Part shown: one piece after another, positions 51,680 through 62,234 of the stretch
Position numbering within the stretch: the first letter of the stretch is position 1
How the letters are laid out: every line of letters begins with the position of its first letter
Source: Alphaproteobacteria bacterium
GTDB lineage: Bacteria > Pseudomonadota > Alphaproteobacteria > MPNO01 > UBA830
DNA: 64,000 nucleotides
Reading direction: 5' to 3'
Assembly (NCBI GenBank): GCA_965243135.1
Contig: OZ251539.1
Coordinates: 3,616,001 to 3,680,000, forward strand
Program-made: the position numbers and the translations under genes
Notes under the pieces: generated by a model
The model's input: the letters and a program-made list of their open reading frames with translations, nothing else
Databases searched by the model: none
Told to the model about the DNA's origin: nothing

Positions 51680-53563
51680 TCACCTGCCGCAAGGAAAGGG
51701 GCGGTATTCGGGAACCAGGCGGCGCAACGCCTCCATCGCCGCCGTTCGGTCGGAGATCGGGATCGCCTTGGTAAGGGCCTCGATGCCGCGATCGATTTCC
51801 GCGTCGTCTCCGGTTCGGGGCGACACCAGAAGAATGTCGGGATACTCGGTGGCGGCCGGCTCTTCGTTCTCGTAAAACGGCTCTTCGAAGAGCTTTTCGC
51901 CGGTTCGCGCGCCCTTGAACACGATGTCGACATCCGCCCCGGGCCGAAGTCCGGCGAGGTGGATCATCTGTTTCGCGAGGTCCACGATTTTGACCGGCTG
52001 GCCCATGTTCAGGACGAATATCCCGCCGCGGCGGCGAAGTCCGAGCATGGAGGCCTGAAGCACAAGCGTGACGGCTTCGCCGACGGTCATGAAATACCTT
52101 TGCATTTCGGGGTCGGTCACCGTCACCGGCCCGCCGTCGGCGATCTGCCGCTCGAAGAGCGGAACCACCGAACCGGACGACCCCAGGACGTTTCCGAAAC
52201 GGACCGAGAGGAACCGGGTGCCCGTCTCTTCGCGAGCCGATCTCGAGACGCAGCAAAGCTCCGCCAGCCGTTTGGTCGCGCCCATTACGCTGGCGGGATT
52301 CACGGCCTTGTCGGTGGAGATCAGCACCATGGTGCCGGCTCCGGCTTCGGCGCATGCGTCCATGACGTTCAGGGTGCCGAGCACGTTGGTCGCGATGCCT
52401 TCCAGCGGATTCGTTTCCACGATGGCGACATGCTTCAGGGCCGCGGCGTGAAACACCAGCTCGGGCCGGGCGTCCAAGAACAGGCGCAGGATGCGGTCGC
52501 GGTCGCGGACATCGGCGAGCACCGGCGACAGCGCCAGCGCGGGATGTTTTTCTCGCGACTCCAGTTCGATCTCGTACAGGTTGGCTTCCGAAGAGTCGAC
52601 GAGCGTCAACTCGGCAGGGCCGAGCGCCGCGATCTGACGCACGAGCTCGCTGCCGATGCTCCCGCCGGCGCCGGTAATCAGCACGCGCCGGCGCCGCACC
52701 ATGGTTTGGGCGGCTTCGCGATCGAACGGAACTTGCGGACGGCCCAGCAAATCCGCGACCGACAGTTGCCGCACCGTCGTCGCGTCGACATTCCGGAATT
52801 CCGTAAGCCGCGGCAGGCGCGCCAAAGTCATGCCCAGTTGCGTCGCGTCGTCGAGAAGTCTTCGAACCGCCGTTCCGCCTTCGGATTCCCCGGCCAGAAT
52901 CAGTTTTTGCGGGCGGTCCTTGCGGGCGAGCCGCGAGCAGACCGCGACCAGGTCGTCGGGCGCGCCGAGTACGGGAGTGCCGTGAATCCGATGGCCTGAC
53001 CTTTTCCGGTTCGCGGAGAGGATGCCGACGACCCTGAAGGGGCGCTGCGGTTCGCGTTGCAGCGCGCGAATGAACAGTTCCGCGCCGGCGCTGGCGCCCA
53101 CGAGGAGCACCGGCACCTCGCCAACGCGATTCTTCCGGTGCAGATCGAGCCGCCGATCCTTGAGAAGACGATAGAACACCCGCGGGCTCGCCAGCAAAAA
53201 CACCAGAGTCAGCCAGCTGATTACCGGCACCGACCGCGGCACCTCCTCCAGGCGCGTCCAAAGGAACATGACGGCCGTGAAGACAAGAACCGTGATCGTC
53301 GCCGATCTGACGATAGCCAGCATGTCGTCGATCGACGCGTACCTCCACATGCCCCGATTGAGCCGGTTGATCAGGAACGCGACCGCCGCGACGCCGGTAA
53401 ACGCCGCCACGGCCGTAATCAGCATGATTGGCGGCAAATGCGTCAACCATTCGTCGCCGAGTCGAAGGTAAAGCGCCAGCAGCAACGCCGCGGCAGCCAT
53501 TATGCAATCATGGACGAACCCGAGCCGCGCTCGCGCGGAGAGACCCAAGAATCTGAACAGCAT
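51680..53563 (-). CDS. Polysaccharide biosynthesis nucleotide-sugar dehydratase (CapD/PglF-like)
   Basis: N-terminal TMs, TGAGGSIGSEL, FHAAALKHV, ISTDKAVNP, VRFGNVLGSSGSV. Confidence 0.93.
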   Translation of the reverse strand: MLFRFLGLSARARLGFVHDCIMAAAALLLALYLRLGDEWLTHLPPIMLITAVAAFTGVAAVAFLINRLNRGMWRYASIDDMLAIVRSATITVLVFTAVMFLWTRLEEVPRSVPVISWLTLVFLLASPRVFYRLLKDRRLDLHRKNRVGEVPVLLVGASAGAELFIRALQREPQRPFRVVGILSANRKRSGHRIHGTPVLGAPDDLVAVCSRLARKDRPQKLILAGESEGGTAVRRLLDDATQLGMTLARLPRLTEFRNVDATTVRQLSVADLLGRPQVPFDREAAQTMVRRRRVLITGAGGSIGSELVRQIAALGPAELTLVDSSEANLYEIELESREKHPALALSPVLADVRDRDRILRLFLDARPELVFHAAALKHVAIVETNPLEGIATNVLGTLNVMDACAEAGAGTMVLISTDKAVNPASVMGATKRLAELCCVSRSAREETGTRFLSVRFGNVLGSSGSVVPLFERQIADGGPVTVTDPEMQRYFMTVGEAVTLVLQASMLGLRRRGGIFVLNMGQPVKIVDLAKQMIHLAGLRPGADVDIVFKGARTGEKLFEEPFYENEEPAATEYPDILLVSPRTGDDAEIDRGIEALTKAIPISDRTAAMEALRRLVPEYRPFPCGR

Positions 53564-53827
53564 GCGGCCTTCCGGCGAAGTGAGGCCGCGACCGCGCTGC
53601 AAGCGTCACCGCGAGACCGAACGTCCAGACGTTCTTCCCAGAGTCCAGTTTCGCTCGCGAAAGGCCGCGAATATCGTTGGATCTATATCTTAACTCACCG
53701 CGATTCTTCAACGCCGCCCGAACGGGGGCGCTTGCGCCGCGCCGTTTTCATGTCGATCGCCCGTCGACAGCCTTTCTCGGAGGCGGTTGCCGAAACGCGC
53801 GGACGGGGCCTCGTCCGGCTCCCGGCT

Positions 53828-55360
53828 TCAGACGGTCTCGAACTCGAACCCGACGATGTTGCGTTCTTCCCGGCCGAACTCCACCCCGATCAGGTGGACC
53901 GGCACGTCCGAACGCCGGTACTTGTCCGCGTAGCCGCGCTCCCGAATCTGCGCCAGCGCCCGCCCCTTCCCGTCCGCGACCTTGAATTCGAACAGGTAGA
54001 CGTTGCCGTTGTACAGGACCGCGAGGTCCGAGCGGCCGCGCGCCGTGCTCTCCTCCGCGCGGACGTCCATCCCCGCGGCCACGAAGTGCGAATAGAACAC
54101 GCTCGCGTAGTGCGCCCCCGCCATGCCCGTGTTCGCGTACCACTCGTTCGGGATGCTCGCCAGGAACGCCCGGAACAGATTCTCAAGGCCCGCGAAGTCG
54201 TTCGCCCGCATCAGGCGGCGCAACTCCCGGCTCTCCGCCGCGACCGCGACGTCGGGCGCCATCGCCCTCAGCAGAAGCGCGTTCAGGCTGCGCTTCACCT
54301 CCTGGTTCGGGTAGTCCAGCTGGTAGAAGCGCGTGTCCTCGTCCTGCTCCTCGCCGACGATGGTCAGGTAACCGGTCTGGAACAGCAGCGTCTCGACGGG
54401 AATGCTGTCGACGTCGATGGCCGACAGCAGCGCGTCGTCCGCAACCAAGCTCTCCAGGGCCGGCGGCGCGAACCGGCGCCGCGACAGAAGGTCGACGAGA
54501 AAGGTCGGCGTGCCGGTCTCGAACCAGTGCGCCTCGAACTGGCGACGCCGGAAAAGCAGCAGAATGTCGTGCGGGTTGTAGACCTTGTCCGCGCCGCGCC
54601 AGTTGTAGCCGTTGTACCAGCGCTGAACTTCCTTCCGGTCCAGGCCCTCGAGTTCCGGGGCGAAGACCGCGTCCAGTTCCGCGTCCGTGTAGCCGCAAAT
54701 GGCCGAGAACTCCGGCTCCAGCGTGATGTCGATCAGGTTGTTCAGGCCCGAGAACAGACCCGCCTGCGAGAACTTGCTAACTCCCGTCAGAAAAACGAGA
54801 CGGAGATGCCTGTCGCAGTCCTTGATCGCCCCGTACAGGCTGCGCAGGAAGTCGCGGTTGGCCCGCGCCAATTCCCGGTCGCCGAGCGCGTCCAGGACCG
54901 GCTTGTCGTATTCGTCCACCAGTACGACCGCCCGCTGCCCGGTGCGCTCGTGCAGGGCCTCGATCAATTCCCCGAAACGGTTCGACGCCTCGACGGGATC
55001 CGGTTCGAGGCCGGCGCGCCTCTCCGCCGCCGCCAGCTGCCTTTCCACGGTTATCCGAACCCCGTCCGGGACGACGAAATTGCCCCTGCTGAAACTGATC
55101 CGCACGACCGGACGGCGCGCCGACCAGTCCCACCCGCCGTGCACGGCGAGGCCCCGGAACAGCTCCTCGCTGCCCTCGAACAGTTCCTGCAGCGTGTCCA
55201 CCAGAAGGGTCTTGCCGAACCGGCGCGGACGCGACAGGAAATAGTACTTGCCCCTCTCGACGAGGCGGCGCACATGGTCCGTCTTGTCGACGTAGTAGCA
55301 GTCCATCCCCCGGATCTCCCGGAGGGAGGAAAAGCCGATCGGAAGCATGCGTTTCGCCAT
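53828..55360 (-). CDS. AAA-ATPase-like/PD-(D/E)XK nuclease, copy 5 (divergent C-terminal half)
   Basis: 510 aa from MAKRMLP. GRSDL..YLFEFK. Promoter TTGACG-17-TACTCT at 55395-55367. Confidence 0.92.
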   Translation of the reverse strand: MAKRMLPIGFSSLREIRGMDCYYVDKTDHVRRLVERGKYYFLSRPRRFGKTLLVDTLQELFEGSEELFRGLAVHGGWDWSARRPVVRISFSRGNFVVPDGVRITVERQLAAAERRAGLEPDPVEASNRFGELIEALHERTGQRAVVLVDEYDKPVLDALGDRELARANRDFLRSLYGAIKDCDRHLRLVFLTGVSKFSQAGLFSGLNNLIDITLEPEFSAICGYTDAELDAVFAPELEGLDRKEVQRWYNGYNWRGADKVYNPHDILLLFRRRQFEAHWFETGTPTFLVDLLSRRRFAPPALESLVADDALLSAIDVDSIPVETLLFQTGYLTIVGEEQDEDTRFYQLDYPNQEVKRSLNALLLRAMAPDVAVAAESRELRRLMRANDFAGLENLFRAFLASIPNEWYANTGMAGAHYASVFYSHFVAAGMDVRAEESTARGRSDLAVLYNGNVYLFEFKVADGKGRALAQIRERGYADKYRRSDVPVHLIGVEFGREERNIVGFEFETV

Positions 55361-55866
55361 CCGAAGAGAGTAGGCCGCCGCGCCGGAGCCGTCAAGGAGG
55401 AGGCGTTTGCGCTGCGCCGTTTTTGGCCGGTTGTCGTCCGTTCGACGCCCCGCGAGGCCGCCCGTCGGCAGGTCGGCACGCGCAGGCGGGCGGCGGCGAA
55501 GCAGGACCGTTGCTCCGGCGCCGCACGGCAAACTCGGGGCGAACCAGGCCATGCGGTCGCGGCGCGGGCTGGGGCGGAATCTGCGAAAACGGCGTTCTCG
55601 GCGTGGAAAATTCGCAGTTTTCCACGCCCGAAGCGAGGCAATTCTCCGCCATGCTGTCGGCGTTTCAGGACGTCGGGAACGGCGCGGGAGAGCCTGCAGG
55701 CGGACGCCGCTGCCGGGCCGGGTTCCCGCCCGCCCCCTTGGCGGCGCGTGCAGTCAAGCCGCCGGCGCGCAAGGCGGCGACCCGGCCGCCGTCTTCGACG
55801 AAGCGCAAACCGAACTTGCGTCGCGGGCGGCGTTCTTTCGCGGAGGCGGCCGTGTCGGGAAGCCGT
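55361..55866. repeat. Inter-copy repeat: upstream repeat of copy 5 fused to downstream repeat of copy 6
   Basis: 55361-55640 matches 57406-57685; 55583-55866 resembles 1725-1907. Confidence 0.85.
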
Positions 55867-57405
55867 TCAGGCGGCCTCGCAATCGAAGCCGACGACGTTG
55901 CGCTCCTCGCGGCTGAACTCCACCCCGATCAGGTGGACCGAATGTCCGAGACGGCGATACTTGTCCGCGTAGCCCTTCTCACGCAACTGCGCGATCGCGG
56001 TCCCCTCCCGCCCGCGCTCCACCACCTTGAACTCGAACAGGTAGACGCGCCCGCCGGCGCGGATCGCCATGTCGGCGCGCCCCAGGCTGCCGCTGTCCTC
56101 GGCAATCGGCTCGAGGCCCTCCATCAGGAAGCAACTGTGGATGACGCTCGCGTAGTGGGCCTCGTACTTCGCGACAGGGCTGTTCATGTACCACTGGTGC
56201 GGGATGGCGGCGAAGACGCCGCGGAACAGGGTCCCGAGGCGCTCGAAGTCGTTCGCCTCCAGCAGTTCGCCCAGCCGCAGGCGCTTCGTCTTCTTGCGCG
56301 CCTCGACCGGGAGCAGTTCTCCCAGCAGGGCCTCGCCCAGGCTCCGGCGCACCTCGAGGTTCGGATAGTCCAACCGGTAGTGCCCGTCCTCCTCGCCGAC
56401 GATGGTGAGGTAGCCGGTCTGGAACAGAAGCGCTTCGATCGAGATATCGTCCACGTCGAAGGTCGAGAGCAGGCTCTCGCTGCCGATCATGCCGTCCAGG
56501 TCGGGAGTGGGCAGGTCGCGGCGCGTCAGCGTCTCGACCAGGAAGGTCGGCGTGCCGCTCTGGAACCAGTAGTTGCCGAACCTGCGCTCGGCGAGCAGCA
56601 GCAGAATGCCGAACGGGTTGTAGAGCTTCTCCGGCCCGCGCCAGTTGTAGCCGTTGTACCAGCGGCGGATCTCGTCCCGGTCCAGGCCCTCGAGTTCCGG
56701 GGCGAAGACCGCGTCCAGCTCGTCGTCCGTGTAGCCGCAGATGTCCGAGAACTGCGGCGCCAGCGTGATGTCGCGGAGGTTGTTCAGGCCCGAGAACAGG
56801 CCCGCCTGCGAAAACTTGCTCACCCCCGTCAGGAAAACGAAACGGAGATGCCTGTCGCAGGCCTTGATCACTCCGTACAGGCTGCGCAGGAAGCTGCGGT
56901 TGGCCAGCGCCAGATCCCGGTCGCCGAGCGCGTCCAGGATCGGCTTGTCGTATTCGTCCACCAGCACGACCGTCCGCTGTCCGGTGCGCTCGTGCAGCGT
57001 CCTTATCAGGCGCCGGAAACGGACCGCCGCCCCGGCGGGACCCGGTTCGAGGCCGGCCTGCATCTCCGTCTCTTCCAGCTGCGCTTCTACGGTTTCCCGA
57101 ACCCCGTCCGGAGTGTCGAAATCGCCCACGCCGCTGAAATCCAGCCGCACGACTGGATGGCGCGCCGACCAGTCCCACTTGCCGTGCACGGCGAGGCCTC
57201 GGAACAGCTCCTCGCTTCCCTCGAACAGCTCCTGCAGCGTGTCCACCAGCAGGGTCTTGCCGAACCGGCGCGGCCGCGACAGGAAGTAGTAATCTCCTCC
57301 TTCGACGAGGCGGCGCAGATGGTCCGTCTTGTCGACGTAGTAGCAGTCTCTCGTCCGGATTTTCCGGAGGGAGGTCAAGCCGATCGGAAGCATGCGTTTC
57401 GCCAT
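55867..57405 (-). CDS. AAA-ATPase-like/PD-(D/E)XK nuclease, copy 6 (intact)
   Basis: 512 aa. Promoter TTGACG-17-TACTCT at 57440-57412. Confidence 0.93.
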   Translation of the reverse strand: MAKRMLPIGLTSLRKIRTRDCYYVDKTDHLRRLVEGGDYYFLSRPRRFGKTLLVDTLQELFEGSEELFRGLAVHGKWDWSARHPVVRLDFSGVGDFDTPDGVRETVEAQLEETEMQAGLEPGPAGAAVRFRRLIRTLHERTGQRTVVLVDEYDKPILDALGDRDLALANRSFLRSLYGVIKACDRHLRFVFLTGVSKFSQAGLFSGLNNLRDITLAPQFSDICGYTDDELDAVFAPELEGLDRDEIRRWYNGYNWRGPEKLYNPFGILLLLAERRFGNYWFQSGTPTFLVETLTRRDLPTPDLDGMIGSESLLSTFDVDDISIEALLFQTGYLTIVGEEDGHYRLDYPNLEVRRSLGEALLGELLPVEARKKTKRLRLGELLEANDFERLGTLFRGVFAAIPHQWYMNSPVAKYEAHYASVIHSCFLMEGLEPIAEDSGSLGRADMAIRAGGRVYLFEFKVVERGREGTAIAQLREKGYADKYRRLGHSVHLIGVEFSREERNVVGFDCEAA

Positions 57406-57700
57406 CGTAAGAGAGTAGGCCGCCGAGCCGGAGCCGTCAAGGAAGGGGCGCTTGGAGGCGTTTGCGCTGCACCGTTTTTTGCCGGCTGCCGTCCGTTCGA
57501 CGCCTCGCGAGGCCGCCTGTCGGCAGGTCGGCACGCGCAGGCGGGCGTCGGCGGAGCAGGACCGTTGCTCCGGCGCCGTGCGGCAAACTCGGGGCGAACC
57601 AGGCCATGCGGTCGCAGAGCGGGCTGGGATCTGCGAAAACGGCGTTCTCGGCGTAGAAAATTCGCAGTTTCCCACGCCCGAGCATGAAAATTCCGCGCCC
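57406..57700. repeat. Upstream repeat of copy 6
   Basis: Direct repeat of 55361-55650. Confidence 0.88.
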
Positions 57701-57882
57701 CTGAAAGCTGTCCGCATTCCAAGACGTTACGAACAGCGCACGCGGCTTTATTTCAAGACCTCGAGAGCAGCGCAAGAAGCTCGAACGGACATTCGATCAG
57801 GCCCCCCGGGAAAGACCGGCACCGACGAATTCCGGGGAACGAATCCGATGTCGCAATTTCCGGAGATGGGTTACAATGCGTC

Positions 57883-59148
57883 ATGGACCGCCTCGATTTA
57901 CCTGCATCGCGTCGCGCCCGCGCCGCCTGGTGTTTTTTCGACTGGGCGAACTCGGCGTTTCCGACGGTGATCATCACCTTCGTGTTCTCGGTGTATTTCG
58001 TCGGCGCGATCGCGCAGGACAAGATCTCGGGAACCGCCCAGTGGGGTTACGCGATTGCGTTTTCGGGCATCGCGATCGCGCTGCTAAGTCCGGTTCTGGG
58101 CTCCGTCGCCGACCGCGCCGGGCGGCGAAAACCGTGGCTCGCGGCGTGTTCGGCCCTAACCATCGTCTGTTCGGTCCTCCTGTGGTTCGCCTACCCGGAT
58201 CCCGGATACGCGCTGTTCGCCCTGGTGGTTCTGGCGATCGCGAACGTGGGGTTCGAAGTCGGCCAGGTCTTCTACAACGCAATGCTTCCCGGCCTCGTTC
58301 CGCGGGAGGCGATCGGGCGCTTATCCGGATGGGGCTGGGGACTCGGGTATGCCGGCGGTCTCTGCAGTCTGGCGGTCCTGCTCGTCTTCTTCATCCAGGC
58401 GGATCCGCCGCCCTTCGGGCTGTCTCCCGAGGCGCACGAGCATATCCGCGTCATCGGTCCGTTCGTGGCCCTGTGGTTCGCGCTATTTTGCATTCCGCTG
58501 TTCGCGCTGGTTCCCGATGCGCCCTCCAGGCAGTCGGGCGCGCGGCAAGCGGTGCGGGAAGGACTGGCGACGCTCGTTTCCACGATTCGGAGCGTGCGCC
58601 GTTACCGCGACATCGCGTGGTTCCTCTGCGCGCGGTTGTTCTACGTCGACGGCATGAACACCATGTTCGCCTTCGGCGCGGTGTATGCGACCCAGACGTT
58701 CGGCATGAGCACAGAGGAAGTGATCCAGTTCGCGATCGTCATGAACGTCGCGGCGGGACTTGGCGCCGCCGCGTTCGGATGGATCGACGACCTGCTGGGT
58801 TCGAAGCGGACGATCACGCTCGCGCTGCTGGGGTTGATCGGGTTCGGCGTTCCGCTCCTGATTGTCGAGACGAAGCTCTGGTTCTGGATAATCGCCGTTC
58901 CGATGGGTCTGTTCATGGGGCCGGCCCAAGCGGCGAGCCGGTCGTTCATGGCGCATCTGGCTCCGCCCGAATACCGCAACGAAATGTTCGGGTTGTTCGC
59001 GTTTTCGGGCCGGGCGACGGCCTACGTCGGTCCGTTCGTTCTCGCCACGGTGACCCTGATGGCCGAATCACAGCGCGCAGGCATGGCGACCATCGTCGTC
59101 TTTCTCGCGGTCGGCCTTGCGATCCTCGTTCTGAAGGTGCGCCGCTGA
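57883..59148 (+). CDS. MFS transporter (UMF1/ATG22-like)
   Basis: AWCFFDWANSAF, FYNAMLP, SGWGWGLGYAGG, QAASRS. Confidence 0.88.
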   Translation: MDRLDLPASRRARAAWCFFDWANSAFPTVIITFVFSVYFVGAIAQDKISGTAQWGYAIAFSGIAIALLSPVLGSVADRAGRRKPWLAACSALTIVCSVLLWFAYPDPGYALFALVVLAIANVGFEVGQVFYNAMLPGLVPREAIGRLSGWGWGLGYAGGLCSLAVLLVFFIQADPPPFGLSPEAHEHIRVIGPFVALWFALFCIPLFALVPDAPSRQSGARQAVREGLATLVSTIRSVRRYRDIAWFLCARLFYVDGMNTMFAFGAVYATQTFGMSTEEVIQFAIVMNVAAGLGAAAFGWIDDLLGSKRTITLALLGLIGFGVPLLIVETKLWFWIIAVPMGLFMGPAQAASRSFMAHLAPPEYRNEMFGLFAFSGRATAYVGPFVLATVTLMAESQRAGMATIVVFLAVGLAILVLKVRR

Positions 59149-59155
59149 CCGCGAT

Positions 59156-60697
59156 TCAATGCCGGAAGTGCCGCATCCCGGTGAAGACCATCGCGAGGTT
59201 GCGCTCGTCCGCGGCGGCGATCACTTCGGCGTCCCGGATCGAGCCACCTGGCTGAATCACCGCCGTGACGCCGGTCGCCGCCGCCGCAATCAGCCCGTCG
59301 GCGAAAGGAAAGAACGCGTCCGACGCGACGACCGTTCCCGGCGCGCTTTCCGCACGCTTTTCCGCGGCGATGCGCGCCGCGTCGACGCGGCTAGGCTGTC
59401 CGGCTCCGATCCCGACGGTCGCGCCGTCTCTCGCGAGGACGACAGCGTTGGATTTGACATGCTTCGTGACCGCGAACGCGAACAGCAGATCTGCGGTTTC
59501 GGCTTCGGTCGGCACCCGCGCCGTCACGGTCCGGAGGTCGCCAGCGGCGACGCGGCCGGCATCGCGGCTCTGGAGCAGGATTCCGCCGGACAGGGTTTTC
59601 GCAGTCATTCCCGACGCGCGCGGATCCGGCATGCCGCCGGTCTCCAGGACGCGCAGCCTGCTCTTCGCGGCGAGGATTTCCCGCGCGGCGTTCTCGACTT
59701 CCGGCGCGACGACAGCCTCCAGGAAGATTTCGATCAGCGCCCGCGCGAGCGCCGCGTCGAGCGTCCGGTTGACGGCGACGACCCCCCCGAAGGCGCTAAC
59801 CGGATCGCACGCGAGCGCCCTGGTCCAGGCTTCCTCGAGAGTCGCGGCGCAGGCGACGCCGCAGGGATTGGCATGCTTCACGATGACCGCGGCGGGCCGT
59901 TCGAACTCCGCGGCGAGTTCGAACGCGGCGTCGGCGTCGTTCAGATTGTTGTACGAGAGTTCTCCGCCCTGGATCGCGGTTGCGACGGCGACGCCCGGCC
60001 GGGAATCGCCGGTCGCGTAGAATGCCGATTTCTGATGCGGGTTTTCGCCGTAGCGAAGGATTCGTCGGCGCGTCGCGGGCAGAGAGAAACGGCGCGGAAA
60101 AACGTCGTCGCCGCGTTCCGAGAAATACCGGGCGATCGCCGCGTCGTAGGCGGCGGTTCGGGCGAACGCGACGCCCGCGAGGCGCCGTCGGAGTTCAGGC
60201 CCGATTCCGCCGCCGTTCAGGGCATCGGCGACCGCGCCGTAGTCTTCCGGATCCGTCAGGACGGCGACGCTTTCGTGGTTCTTCGCCGCGGCTCGGAGCA
60301 TGGCGGGTCCGCCGATGTCGACGTTTTCGATGCACTCGTCGAAACCGCCGCCCGCCGCGACGGTCGCCTCGAAGGGATAGAGGTTCACCACCACCAGATC
60401 GATGGGAAGGATGCCGTTGTCCCGCATAGCGCGAAGATGGGCCTCGTCGTCCCGGCGCGCGAGAATCCCGCCGTGTATTGCCGGGTGCAGGGTCTTGACG
60501 CGGCCGTCCATGATTTCCGGAAAGCCGGTGCGGTCGCCGACCTCGGTCACGGCGATTCCGGCGTCGCGCAAGGCTCTTGCGGTGCCGCCGGTGGAGAGGA
60601 TTTCGACGTTGCGGTCGGCCAAGCAGCGGGCGAGGCCGATCAGGCCGGTCTTGTCCGACACCGAAATCAGGGCGCGGGCGGGGATCAGGGCGGTCAC
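59156..60697 (-). CDS. purH: Bifunctional AICAR transformylase/IMP cyclohydrolase
   Basis: [45 protein letters not shown]. Confidence 0.97.
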   Translation of the reverse strand: MTALIPARALISVSDKTGLIGLARCLADRNVEILSTGGTARALRDAGIAVTEVGDRTGFPEIMDGRVKTLHPAIHGGILARRDDEAHLRAMRDNGILPIDLVVVNLYPFEATVAAGGGFDECIENVDIGGPAMLRAAAKNHESVAVLTDPEDYGAVADALNGGGIGPELRRRLAGVAFARTAAYDAAIARYFSERGDDVFPRRFSLPATRRRILRYGENPHQKSAFYATGDSRPGVAVATAIQGGELSYNNLNDADAAFELAAEFERPAAVIVKHANPCGVACAATLEEAWTRALACDPVSAFGGVVAVNRTLDAALARALIEIFLEAVVAPEVENAAREILAAKSRLRVLETGGMPDPRASGMTAKTLSGGILLQSRDAGRVAAGDLRTVTARVPTEAETADLLFAFAVTKHVKSNAVVLARDGATVGIGAGQPSRVDAARIAAEKRAESAPGTVVASDAFFPFADGLIAAAATGVTAVIQPGGSIRDAEVIAAADERNLAMVFTGMRHFRH

Positions 60698-60882
60698 GGG
60701 GCGTTCTCCGAATCTGTCGGCCAGCGGATTCCAAGCCGTCGCCCAACAACCCGGATATCGGGATTAGTCGCCGAAATCGCTCGATCGGGATACGAGCATC
60801 GACATGCGAGCAATCGGTTCCGGGCACCTGCGAGGGACGCTCGGGGCGATGCGCCGGTCGATTCGGCTCTGTCGGGCATTCG

Positions 60883-61782
60883 TCAGGTCCGCCGAGACCG
60901 GCGCATGGAAACTGATGCCGCCTTCAACCCGAACCGAATCAGCGTGGCAATGGCGACGGGGAGGAACCATGGGCCGAAAAAATGCCTCCGGAAATAGCGC
61001 AGAAAACCTCGCGTCTTGCACCATTCCACCCATACCGGATTGGCGCTGCTAGTGCCTCCATGGTGAATGGCCGTCACATGCGGCGTGAAATAGACCGGGA
61101 TTCCAACCCGATGCAACCGCAGGCAAAAATCCAGATCGTCCACATGCAGAAAATAACCTTCGTCCATCCCGCTCACAGATCGATAGGTGCTTGTCGGCAA
61201 CATCATGCACGCTCCGCTGATGACAGGCACGCGAGTGGTCCGTTCGGGAAGCGGTTCCCGGTGAAGATTGAGAGGACGGAACGGCGCGAATCTATCCAAC
61301 CGCAACGCTTCCACAAGGGCGGTGCGAGGCGTCAGAAAAGCGCGCCGCGTTGCGCGTTGCTCGCGCCCGGCCGCATCGGTCAAGCGGCACCCGAGTAGCC
61401 AGTCGTCGCCAAGCGTCGACGCTTCGGTCAGTAGCGAGGGAACTGCCGACGGCGCAAGGCGACAGTCAGGATTCAGCAACAAGAGATAGCGACTTTTGCT
61501 CTCTGCAGCACCGATATTGCAGCCGCGTGCGAACCCGACGTTGCCCTGACCGGAAACAATCTTCAGCCTTGGTTCTACGGCTGACATCCGTGTCAACGCA
61601 GCGGCCACCGAATCCGGATTGCCATTGTTAACTAGAATGACCTCGTCCACGCCCCGTTGATTGGCGGCGAGCACGGCTTCAATGGACTCGAACAACACCG
61701 GCCCCGTCTGGTACGAGACCATGACGACGCCTACTCCCTCCGCCTGCGCACGGTGCGCACTTGTCGGCTCGCTTGGCAGCAT
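60883..61782 (-). CDS. GT2-family glycosyltransferase
   Basis: VVMVSY, NVGFARGCNIG, LLLNPD, SGACM, MDEGYFLHVDDLD. Confidence 0.9.
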   Translation of the reverse strand: MLPSEPTSAHRAQAEGVGVVMVSYQTGPVLFESIEAVLAANQRGVDEVILVNNGNPDSVAAALTRMSAVEPRLKIVSGQGNVGFARGCNIGAAESKSRYLLLLNPDCRLAPSAVPSLLTEASTLGDDWLLGCRLTDAAGREQRATRRAFLTPRTALVEALRLDRFAPFRPLNLHREPLPERTTRVPVISGACMMLPTSTYRSVSGMDEGYFLHVDDLDFCLRLHRVGIPVYFTPHVTAIHHGGTSSANPVWVEWCKTRGFLRYFRRHFFGPWFLPVAIATLIRFGLKAASVSMRRSRRT

Positions 61783-61959
61783 TACTGCAACAGGTTACAT
61801 GTCGGCAACGGTGTCTCCCCGACACGTCTGCCGCAAATGTCGGCCGCTTGGCAGAAATAGCGGCCGAACCCATGCCATAGCTGCGTACTCTCTCGTAAGG
61901 GCACTCGCCAAAATAGACCCTTTATTTTGGCGAAAAACGATAATCCCACTCTTTCGGCC

Positions 61960-62110
61960 AGTTGCGCGCCTGCTTCGCGAGCCGGACGACAATTTACACC
62001 GCGAGACCGCACAGGGCCCGTTCGGCAAGATTGTTGTCCATCGGCACGGCTGTTTCATATACTTCCAAACCTTCGCAGCGACGCGACAGGGACTACAGCG
62101 GCCTGCGCTG
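61960..62110 (-). mobile_element. IS66-like transposase C-terminal relic
   Basis: The reverse strand reads VPMDNNLAERALCGLAV, resembling the DNNxAERxxR motif of IS66 TnpC. Confidence 0.55.
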
Positions 62111-62234
62111 CAGCGCATCGCAGGGCGGGGATTTGTTGCCGTGCCTGCCGAAGAATGTTTTAATATCGTTCTCAAGATTCTGTTGCACCTCGTCCCTTTC
62201 CAATTTTATTATTACCGCATTTTAGAAAATCGGT

